From: Acaryochloridaceae cyanobacterium VAR_48_metabat_390
Lineage (GTDB): Bacteria > Cyanobacteriota > Cyanobacteriia > Thermosynechococcales > Thermosynechococcaceae
Direction of reading: 5' to 3'
DNA length: 10,473 nucleotides
NCBI GenBank assembly: GCA_031422435.1
Contig: JANPLU010000132.1
Coordinates: 1-10,473, forward strand
A program made the position numbers and the translations under genes. Below the pieces are notes generated by a model. That model made no database searches. It was not told the origin of the DNA and saw only the letters and a list, made by a program, of their open reading frames with translations. Positions within the stretch are counted from its first letter, which is position 1, and each line of letters begins with the position of its first letter. Below are positions 1 to 6,791 of this stretch, piece after piece.

Positions 1-1508
1 CGGTTCCGTACCTGCGTGGGTTGGGGCAAGAAGCACAAGAGTGCCGCAACTGGGGCGCTCAGCAGAATCTGTTGAGGTACAGCGCGCCTTTCCGCAAAAC
101 GCCTGAATTCTTGACGGTGTTTGCTTCTCAAGATCAGCCGCTGCCCGATCAGCACGTTTACGGCGTGGGCAACGATCCGCTAGAGATTCAGTTTGGCGCA
201 ATCTTCCCGAAAGAAACCCGTAACCCGACCGCAGGCTCCGCGCCCTTCGGCAAAGATACGCGCCGGATTTTGATTAATCGTGGTCCTGGCATCAATAACC
301 AAGTCAGCAGCCCTGAAGCAAGAGGCATTGCGCCCAGTACCCTAGGGCCTAAAGTCTTCAAGCTCGACCAGGTGCCTAGCTTTAACCAAAAAATTGGGAA
401 GCGCACGGCAACCAATAAAGGGGTTAGCGTTAAGTTCTCAGAAAGCTCTACCCAGGCCATCATCCGAGCGACCTATTTGCAGGTGTTTGGTCGTGACCTG
501 TATGACGGTCAGCGCCAGAAGGTTGCCGAAATCAAGCTTGAGAATGGTGAAATTACCATGAAAGAGTTTGTGCGGATTCTGGCAAAGTCTAACGTCTTCC
601 GCAGCATGTATTGGACGCCGCTGTACGTCTGCAAGGCGATCGAGTATATTAACCGTCGTCTTTTGGGTCGCCCAACCTATGGTCGCCAAGAGATGAACCG
701 CTACTTCGACCTGTGTGCCAAAAAGGGCTTTTACGCTCTGGTTGATACACTCATCGACAGTAAAGAATACGAAACGGCCTTTGGCGAAGATACCGTTCCT
801 TACGAGCGCTATCTAACCCCTGCGGGACTTTCAATGCGAACCATTCGCGGTGGCGCAGCCGCTGTAACAGCACTTGCGGCTAAAGCTGAACCAACGCCTC
901 GCTTTATTGAGCTGGGTGTGGCTCACAATCAGCCTGCTGAATCTCAAATCCAGAGTCGGGTTGAGCAAGGTGTAAGCAAGCAGCGTGAGCAAACCAAGGT
1001 CTTCAAGCTGACGGGTACGGTTGATAAGACCGCTCTCAAGGCATTGACCCAGGCCGCCTATCGCCAAATCTTTGAGCGCGATCGCAATCCGTTCAGCATT
1101 CAAAACGACTTCTCGGTTCTCGAAGTTAAGCTCAGCAATGGCGACATCAGCGTCAAAGAGTTTATTGAAGGGATTGGGATATCGCCGCTGTACGTCAAAG
1201 AGTTCTATACGCCATTCCCCAATACCAAGGTAATTGAGCTAGGCACCAAGCACTTCCTAGGACGTGCCCCCCTAGACCAAGCTGAGATCCGGTTCTATAA
1301 CCAAATCTTGGCAAAGGATGGCATTAAGGCGTTCATTCGCGCCATGGTCAACAGCGTCGAATACTCGCAATTCTTTGGTGAAGATACGGTGCCCTACCGA
1401 CGCTTCCCAACGTTGCCTGCCGCAAACTTCCCCAACACGGAGCGGCTATACAACCAGCTCACGAAGCAGGACGACAGTATTGTGGTTCCGAGCTTCTCTC
1501 AGGTGTAA
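1..1508 (+). CDS. apcE: Phycobilisome core-membrane linker LCM, 5'-truncated by the window edge
   Basis: The frame is open from base 3 ([18 protein letters not shown]...). It contains the ARM motif [16 protein letters not shown] and two complete linker REP domains ([10 protein letters not shown]...[11 protein letters not shown] and [10 protein letters not shown]...[12 protein letters not shown]), and lies directly upstream of apcABC. Confidence 0.98.
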   Translation, partial: VPYLRGLGQEAQECRNWGAQQNLLRYSAPFRKTPEFLTVFASQDQPLPDQHVYGVGNDPLEIQFGAIFPKETRNPTAGSAPFGKDTRRILINRGPGINNQVSSPEARGIAPSTLGPKVFKLDQVPSFNQKIGKRTATNKGVSVKFSESSTQAIIRATYLQVFGRDLYDGQRQKVAEIKLENGEITMKEFVRILAKSNVFRSMYWTPLYVCKAIEYINRRLLGRPTYGRQEMNRYFDLCAKKGFYALVDTLIDSKEYETAFGEDTVPYERYLTPAGLSMRTIRGGAAAVTALAAKAEPTPRFIELGVAHNQPAESQIQSRVEQGVSKQREQTKVFKLTGTVDKTALKALTQAAYRQIFERDRNPFSIQNDFSVLEVKLSNGDISVKEFIEGIGISPLYVKEFYTPFPNTKVIELGTKHFLGRAPLDQAEIRFYNQILAKDGIKAFIRAMVNSVEYSQFFGEDTVPYRRFPTLPAANFPNTERLYNQLTKQDDSIVVPSFSQV

Positions 1509-1554
1509 CGTTCTCGTTACAAAATTTCACTAATTTGATGCCTTTTGGCAAAGT

Positions 1555-1595
1555 AGCCCATGTATTTCTCAAAAATGAGGAGTACATGGGTTTTT
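1555..1595 (+). terminator. Stem-loop / intrinsic terminator downstream of apcE
   Basis: AGCCCATGTATTTCTCA (1555-1571), loop AAAA, TGAGGAGTACATGGGTT (1576-1592): a 17-bp stem with G-U pairs running into a T tract. Confidence 0.8.
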
Positions 1596-1694
1596 GACTA
1601 GAAATCTTGTTAGATTAGAGACTGATTCAATTATTCTCTAAACCCTTGCTGAGCCTACGTTTTTTACTTTTTTGCTTCAGTCTGAGAGCAGAGT

Positions 1695-1712
1695 TTTAAA
1701 AAGTGTTACAGC
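1695..1712 (+). promoter_or_regulatory. Putative HLR1 (RpaB-binding) direct repeat in the apcA promoter
   Basis: TTTAAAAA-GT-GTTACAGC versus consensus KTTACAWW-N2-KTTACAWW (3 mismatches). It lies about 30 nt upstream of a possible -10 element GAAAAT (1740-1745). Confidence 0.5.
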
Positions 1713-1755
1713 TTTGTAGGTATTGCTACCGAAATACCGGAAAATGATTGCGGTA

Positions 1756-1869
1756 GGGAGCTGAACTTGAGTTACTTTCCTGAACTCAAAGAGCAGCATC
1801 ACTTTCGGTTGACGATGGGTGTGGATGAGCATTTGCTTAGACGCAAGCAGGCCGAAAGTTCCCATCCAT
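1756..1869 (+). promoter_or_regulatory. Structured putative 5' UTR of apcA
   Basis: Helices TTGAGTT 1767-1773 / AACTCAA 1783-1789; ACTTTCGGTT 1801-1810 / GGCCGAAAGT 1850-1859; TGCTT 1834-1838 / AAGCA 1845-1849. Confidence 0.45.
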
Positions 1870-1954
1870 AATAAAGAGATTTTTTACGCGTAGCGATACC
1901 GTAGAGTCCCTTAAAATAGTTTTGTTGATCTTTCTTAACTAGAGGAATCCATCA

Positions 1955-2440
1955 ATGAGTGTAGTCACGAAGTCAATCGTGAATGCGGATGCTGAAGCCC
2001 GCTACCTAAGCCCCGGCGAATTGGATCGCATTAAAGGGTTTGTCTCCAGTGGCGAACGCCGTCTGCGTATTGCTCAAGTTTTGACCGAAAACCGTGAGCG
2101 CATTGTTAAAGGCGCTGGCGATCAGCTTTTCCAAAAGCGTCCTGACGTTGTTTCTCCCGGTGGCAATGCCTACGGCGAAGAAATGACTGCCACCTGCCTC
2201 CGTGACCTTGACTACTACCTGCGTCTTGTCACCTACGGCGTTGTCTCTGGCGACGTTACCCCCATCGAAGAAATTGGGATTGTGGGCGTTAAGGAAATGT
2301 ACAATTCCTTAGGTACTCCCATTCCTGCCGTTGCTGAAGGCGTGCGCGCTATGAAGGGCGTCTCTGCTTCTTTGCTTTCTGGTGAAGATGCTGCTGAAGC
2401 AGGTGCTTACTTCGATTTCGTCATCGGTGCAATGCAGTAA
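1955..2440 (+). CDS. apcA: Allophycocyanin alpha subunit
   Basis: 161 aa, [27 protein letters not shown]... with chromophore Cys in [14 protein letters not shown]-like AGAGGA at 1941-1946. Confidence 0.99.
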   Translation: MSVVTKSIVNADAEARYLSPGELDRIKGFVSSGERRLRIAQVLTENRERIVKGAGDQLFQKRPDVVSPGGNAYGEEMTATCLRDLDYYLRLVTYGVVSGDVTPIEEIGIVGVKEMYNSLGTPIPAVAEGVRAMKGVSASLLSGEDAAEAGAYFDFVIGAMQ

Positions 2441-2510
2441 TTTCTAACTGCGATCGCTGCTCTAATAACGATTGAATTTAAGATTTCAAGGTAGATTAGG
2501 AAACGAAATT

Positions 2511-2996
2511 ATGCAAGACGCAATTACCGCTGTTATTAACGCTTCTGACGTTCAGGGGCAGTATCTAGACTCTTCTGCGCTAGAGAAGCTCAAAGGCTAC
2601 TTCCAAACGGGCGAACTCCGCGTTCGGGCTGCTTCTGTAATCAGCGCCAATGCCGCAACTATCGTTAAAGAAGCTGTTGCAAAGTCTTTGCTGTACTCAG
2701 ACATCACCCGTCCCGGCGGAAACATGTACACCACTCGTCGCTATGCAGCCTGCATTCGTGACTTGGACTACTACCTCCGCTATGCAACCTATGCAATGCT
2801 TGCTGGCGATGCATCCATCTTGGATGAGCGCGTCCTCAACGGCCTCAAAGAAACCTACAACTCCTTGGGCGTTCCTGTTACCGCAACGGTACAGGCCATC
2901 CAAGCAATGGGTGAAGTGACTGCCGGACTTGTTGGCCCCGATGCTGGCAAAGAAATGGGCGTGTACTTCAGCTACATTTGCTCTGGCTTGAGCTAA
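2511..2996 (+). CDS. apcB: Allophycocyanin beta subunit
   Basis: 161 aa from ATG 2511 ([10 protein letters not shown]...), with [23 protein letters not shown] (methylatable Asn71, bilin Cys81). The ORF track's upstream TTG start is not the canonical start. Confidence 0.99.
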   Translation: MQDAITAVINASDVQGQYLDSSALEKLKGYFQTGELRVRAASVISANAATIVKEAVAKSLLYSDITRPGGNMYTTRRYAACIRDLDYYLRYATYAMLAGDASILDERVLNGLKETYNSLGVPVTATVQAIQAMGEVTAGLVGPDAGKEMGVYFSYICSGLS

Positions 2997-3001
2997 GCAA
3001 T

Positions 3002-3023
3002 TGAGGTCTTAAGATCTCATTTT
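3002..3023 (+). terminator. Short hairpin plus T tract directly after apcB
   Basis: TGAGGTCTT/AAGATCTCA near-perfect inverted repeat (3002-3019) followed by TTTT. Confidence 0.45.
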
Positions 3024-3029
3024 GATTCA

Positions 3030-3144
3030 GTAGGGGTCTGGGAAATTGAGGGTGAAGGCTAGCTTGTTAAAGACTAATCTCCGGTAGCAATATAGAGGTT
3101 GGTTTTGACAGTCTGGTTTTTATCTTGAGTTCCCAGACCTTCGC
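3030..3144 (+). promoter_or_regulatory. Long imperfect hairpin in the apcB-apcC spacer
   Basis: GGGGTCTGGGAA (3033-3044) pairs with TTCCCAGACCTT (3130-3141). Pairing continues inward with G-U pairs and bulges to a loop at about 3082-3094. Confidence 0.75.
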
Positions 3145-3201
3145 TATGTTTGCAGCAGAAATACTTACAATGCCAACAGACAGATAGGAGAAAGTTAAAT
3201 T

Positions 3202-3405
3202 ATGCGGATGTTTAAGGTGACAGCTTGTGTGCCTAGCCAAACCCGGATTCGCACTCAGCGGGAATTACAAAACACCTATTTTACAAAACTAGTTCCTTAC
3301 GATAACTGGTTTACCGAGCAGCAGCGCATCATGAAGATGGGCGGCAAAATTGTGAAGGTTGAGCTGGCAACGGGCAAGCCTGGTGCAAATACTGGCTTGA
3401 GCTAA
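3202..3405 (+). CDS. apcC: Allophycocyanin-associated small core linker LC7.8
   Basis: 67 aa, MRMFKVTACVPSQTRIRTQRELQNTYFTKLVPYDNWF...; SD AGGAG at 3186-3190. Confidence 0.99.
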   Translation: MRMFKVTACVPSQTRIRTQRELQNTYFTKLVPYDNWFTEQQRIMKMGGKIVKVELATGKPGANTGLS

Positions 3406-3441
3406 TGCTTGATTGATTGATATATCTTTATGTTTGCTGTA

Positions 3442-3472
3442 TGAGGGAGGTTAGCATTGCTGATCTCCCTTA
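3442..3472 (+). terminator. Stem-loop after apcC, possibly bidirectional with the convergent hepT
   Basis: GAGGGAGGTTAGC (3443-3455), loop ATT, GCTGATCTCCCTT (3459-3471). There is no strong T tract. Confidence 0.65.
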
Positions 3473-3551
3473 ATGCGTTTGACGTTTAGCCTTAATGACT
3501 ATGGGCTGGCGATCGCTTTCCATTTTACGTAAATCTGGTGAGATCGCCGGC

Positions 3552-3893
3552 TCAAAAGCTCTGCCTGATTTCAGCGATAACTGCCTTCAGAGCTGGAATT
3601 CCAGATTCAACAGTAGACTAAACCACAGCGACATCAATTCCCCAATATTCATGAACCAAAATATCTCTCATCCCAGCAATAGATTGCCAGGGAACCTGTG
3701 GATATCGCTTACGAATTTCATCAGGGATTTTCTTGACAGCTTCCCCTAAAATTTAAATCAATTTGGTGACAGCTAAAACTTTTTCTCGATTGCCTTGAAA
3801 CTGATCAAAGTCAACCCCATCCGTAAAAGATTCAATATCAGCAATAGCCTCCAAAATATCATCCAGATAGTCTGACAATGAGCGTTTCGTCAT
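3552..3893 (-). pseudogene. hepT: HepT/DUF86 HEPN RNase toxin, interrupted by two in-frame stop codons
   Basis: Manual translation from ATG 3893: MTKRSLSDYLDDILEAIADIESFTDGVDFDQFQGNREKVLAVTKLI*ILGEAVKKIPDEIRKRYPQVPWQSIAGMRDILVHEYWGIDVAVV*STVESGIPALKAVIAEIRQSF*. It has the RX4HXY motif (RDILVHEY) and an ATGA overlap with the upstream MNT gene. Confidence 0.92.
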
Positions 3894-4183
3894 ATATAAA
3901 CTACTTCGGATAAGACCTTCGCTTGAATTCTCGGTTTCAGTCCATTTTTTGTCACCAAATCAACCTTTAAGCCGACTTGTCTACTAAGATAATTTCGCAG
4001 TTCCACAAGTTGGAATAAAGTTGGAGCCTGCTCATAATCAATCAAAATATCTGGATCGCTCTCCGCCGTTTGTTCTCCCCTCGCATAGGAGCCAAAAATA
4101 CCTAGCTTCGTTACCTGATATTGCTCTCGCAATAGCGGCTTACTTTGACGCAAAACTTGCTTAAAATCATCTAATGTCTTCAT
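3890..4183 (-). CDS. mntA: Minimal nucleotidyltransferase, MntA-type antitoxin
   Basis: 97 aa with GSX10DXD motif (FGSYARGEQTAESDPD) and KVDLV; coupled to the HEPN gene. Confidence 0.9.
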   Translation of the reverse strand: MKTLDDFKQVLRQSKPLLREQYQVTKLGIFGSYARGEQTAESDPDILIDYEQAPTLFQLVELRNYLSRQVGLKVDLVTKNGLKPRIQAKVLSEVVYI

Positions 4184-4477
4184 CGTTTCTCCATCAGCGC
4201 ATGCGTCTGTTCAAACCACGCTTCGTCCTGATATCTATTATCGCTGGTTTCTCCGTTTCAGAAACCTCCTGATCTCACACCGCTCTCGCCAAGCAACACT
4301 GAATCAAAAGGAAGCATAGCCTCCATCCTTATGTCTTTTGTCTCTGTTCTCACTGCTCTCTTGCTCCTATCCTCTTGTCCACAGTTTTGGTCTTCTAAAA
4401 AATCAGGTCGTTCATATCAAGCAGCCTAAGTCTCTTCAGACATTTTGAATTTGGACTTGCTGGCGAAGCAAAAGAGC

Positions 4478-4507
4478 TTGACGCGACTGGGATTATGTAG
4501 ATAGACT
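4478..4507 (+). promoter_or_regulatory. Putative sigma70-type promoter for the leuA leader
   Basis: TTGACG (4478-4483), 18-nt spacer, TAGACT (4502-4507); implied TSS near 4513-4515. Confidence 0.55.
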
Positions 4508-4534
4508 GCAATGAGTCGAACCGAACAGGTTTTT

Positions 4535-4609
4535 ATGAACACACAGCAGCGATCGCCCCACATCGTCACTAGCCAACTGCTTGGTCTAGGACTGCTGCTG
4601 CTGCCCTAG
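4535..4609 (+). CDS. Putative leucine leader peptide 1 (MNTQQRSPHIVTSQLLGLGLLLLP*)
   Basis: 24-aa uORF (alternative in-frame ATG at 4511). 7 of the last 10 codons are Leu (CTG CTT GGT CTA GGA CTG CTG CTG CTG CCC TAG). It lies upstream of leuA. Confidence 0.75.
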   Translation: MNTQQRSPHIVTSQLLGLGLLLLP

Positions 4610-4637
4610 CGCGCATATAGTGTTTCTCTAAATCGAC

Positions 4638-4663
4638 AAAGTATTTCACTAAAGTATTTCACT
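4638..4663. repeat. Perfect 13-bp tandem duplication AAAGTATTTCACT x2
   Basis: Read directly at 4638-4650 and 4651-4663. Confidence 0.9.
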
Positions 4664-4820
4664 TTTCATACTCTCAGGGTTTCGCTGGATGTCTACTCGT
4701 TAGGGCATTCAGTTCGCTCTTGATAAAGTTTTTGCCTCAAGCGCTGGCGAATCTAGCGTCTGTGAAGGGAGTAGTATCATCCATTTCTCTAAATCTTTTT
4801 CACCAAATCAGGAGACTGTT

Positions 4821-4955
4821 ATGCAGCTAAATCTATGGCTAAGACTGCGACTATTGGCGGGTTGTCTGACTCAATCCCTGCGGCACTCGGACAACCCTAG
4901 TTTTGCCACCAATATGTACTGCAAACCTAAAGCACGCTATCGATCATCATGTTGA
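4821..4955 (+). CDS. Putative leucine-rich leader peptide 2, overlapping the leuA start
   Basis: SD AGGAGA at 4810-4815 and ATG 4821 give 44 aa [44 protein letters not shown]. There are 8 Leu in the first 20 codons (4 CTA). The stop TGA 4953-4955 lies in ATGTTGA at the leuA start. Confidence 0.6.
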   Translation: MQLNLWLRLRLLAGCLTQSLRHSDNPSFATNMYCKPKARYRSSC

Positions 4956-6664
4956 ATAAACCCGCCACGAAGTATCAGCCCTTTACGCCTGTTGATTTAG
5001 CCGATCGCACTTGGCCGTCTCAAACCTTAACCCATCCTCCGATTTGGCTGAGTACCGATCTTAGAGATGGCAACCAGGCGCTGATTGAGCCGATGTCTGT
5101 CCCTCGCAAGCTCAAAATGTTTCAAACGCTTGTAGCGCTGGGCTTTAAAGAAATTGAGGTTGCATTTCCGTCTGCTTCTCAAACCGATTTCGAGTTTGTC
5201 CGCCATCTCATTACAGAGCAGCTCATTCCAGAAGACGTGACCATTCAGGTATTAGTCCTTGCTCGTGAGTCTTTAATCCGCCGCACGTTTGAATCGCTTC
5301 AGGATGCGCGACGGGCGATCGTTCATTTGTACAATGCAACTTCTCCGGTGTTTCGCCGCACGGTGTTGGGGTTAGACCGTCTGGGCACAATTGGCCTTGC
5401 GACTGCTGCGGCAACGCTCTTTAACGAACTGGCAGCAGAGCAGCCCCAAACCGAATGGGTGTTTCAGTATTCACCAGAAACCTTTACGGCGACGGAACTT
5501 GAGTTCTCTAAAGATATTTGCGATGCGGTTTTAGAGGTTTGGCAACCCACCACCGACCGCAAGGCCATTATTAATCTTCCGGCAACGGTGGAGGTTTCAA
5601 CCCCAAATGGCTTTGCCGATCAGGTGGAGTGGATACATCGGCATTTGGCGCAGCGAGACAGCGTTATTTTGAGCGTTCATACCCACAATGATCGCGGGTG
5701 TGGCGTTGCCGCAGCAGAACTAGCGCAGATGGCAGGTGCTGAGCGAGTGGAGGGCTGTCTGTTTGGGAATGGCGAACGCACGGGCAATGTGGATTTGGTG
5801 ACGCTGGCGCTGAATCTTTATACCCAGGGCATCCATCCTGGTTTAGATTTCTCTCACATCAACGAAGTGGCGCGAACGGTGGAAGACTGTACTCAGTTAC
5901 CCATTCATCCTCGGCATCCTTACGTTGGCGATCTGGTGTTTACTGCGTTTTCGGGTTCTCACCAGGATGCCATTAAGAAGGGTTTTGCCGTACAGCAGCC
6001 GGATGCCGTTTGGGAAGTTCCCTATTTGCCCTTAGATCCTGCTGATGTGGGGCGCACCTATGAATCGGTGATTCGGGTGAATAGTCAGTCGGGCAAGGGC
6101 GGGATGGCGTTCTTGCTAGAGCGCGACTATGGCTTGGTGCTTCCTCGACGGCTGCAAATTGAGTTTAGTCAGATAGTGCAGCGGGCGATGGATGCTCAAG
6201 GGACAGAATTTTCATCGGCAGATCTTTGGAAGCTATTTGAGCAGGAGTACAGACTCTTTCATCCATTGGCCTACAAATCTCATCACCTTTCTGAAACCGA
6301 AGCGCTGAACCAGATGATTTCGGTATCTTTAGCATTTTCCGGTCAGTCTATGATGACTCACGGCTACGGAAATGGCCCAATTGATGCGTTTTTAGATGGG
6401 CTGGGTCTTGGGTTTCAGGTGCAGCATTATGAAGAGCGATCGCTGGCTCAGGGCAATGATGCAGTAGCGATCGCCATTGTTGAACTGAAGGCAGAGACAC
6501 TATCGGACACCCTGCATGGGGTCGGCATTCATGCCAATATCGTCACGGCTTCACTTATGGCAATTCTGAGTGCCGTTAATCGAGCGACCCAAGTTACCCC
6601 AGATCTAAACCAGAAACTATCCCAGCGATTTAAGAAGGAGCCGCTTCCATCATTGGGATATTAA
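4949..6664 (+). CDS. leuA: 2-isopropylmalate synthase (actinobacterial/proteobacterial/yeast-type LeuA)
   Basis: 571 aa: N-terminus KYQPF...[21 protein letters not shown], metal-binding [41 protein letters not shown], and a C-terminal regulatory domain with GNGPIDAF. Confidence 0.97.
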   Translation: MLNKPATKYQPFTPVDLADRTWPSQTLTHPPIWLSTDLRDGNQALIEPMSVPRKLKMFQTLVALGFKEIEVAFPSASQTDFEFVRHLITEQLIPEDVTIQVLVLARESLIRRTFESLQDARRAIVHLYNATSPVFRRTVLGLDRLGTIGLATAAATLFNELAAEQPQTEWVFQYSPETFTATELEFSKDICDAVLEVWQPTTDRKAIINLPATVEVSTPNGFADQVEWIHRHLAQRDSVILSVHTHNDRGCGVAAAELAQMAGAERVEGCLFGNGERTGNVDLVTLALNLYTQGIHPGLDFSHINEVARTVEDCTQLPIHPRHPYVGDLVFTAFSGSHQDAIKKGFAVQQPDAVWEVPYLPLDPADVGRTYESVIRVNSQSGKGGMAFLLERDYGLVLPRRLQIEFSQIVQRAMDAQGTEFSSADLWKLFEQEYRLFHPLAYKSHHLSETEALNQMISVSLAFSGQSMMTHGYGNGPIDAFLDGLGLGFQVQHYEERSLAQGNDAVAIAIVELKAETLSDTLHGVGIHANIVTASLMAILSAVNRATQVTPDLNQKLSQRFKKEPLPSLGY

Positions 6665-6791
6665 ATCAGTTGGAGATATGCTTCAGTTTTTAACTCAAAA
6701 GCATAACGACCGTGTTTCAATTCTTGTAACCCTCTAAATCCCTCGAAAAATCGAGCTAGCATGATGCGATAGAAACAAAGGGTCGTCAACC

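Noticed and set aside
21..23. TTG start given for apcE in the ORF track
   Set aside because: The frame is open upstream to the window edge and the sequence is internal to ApcE.
2472..2510. 13-aa N-terminal extension of ApcB
   Set aside because: The canonical MQDAIT start is at 2511; the extension spans the ribosome-binding region.
1955..2996. Far-red or low-light allophycocyanin paralogues (apcD/apcB2 type)
   Set aside because: The sequences match canonical ApcA/ApcB in the standard apcEABC order.
2983..3405. Identical 14-mer CTGGCTTGAGCTAA at the ends of apcB (2983-2996) and apcC (3392-3405)
   Set aside because: Both proteins end in Gly-Leu-Ser-stop, so shared codon preference can explain it.
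3495..3749. 84-aa plus-strand ORF
   Set aside because: It is the antisense shadow of the hepT pseudogene, with no recognisable motif.
3552..3893. Stop-codon reassignment or programmed readthrough in hepT
   Set aside because: The two stops differ (TAA and TAG), and both codons terminate neighbouring genes normally; point mutation is the simpler explanation.
4615..4680. Rho-utilisation site in the G-poor loop after uORF1
   Set aside because: Cyanobacteria generally lack Rho; this would only be relevant if the genome encodes rho.
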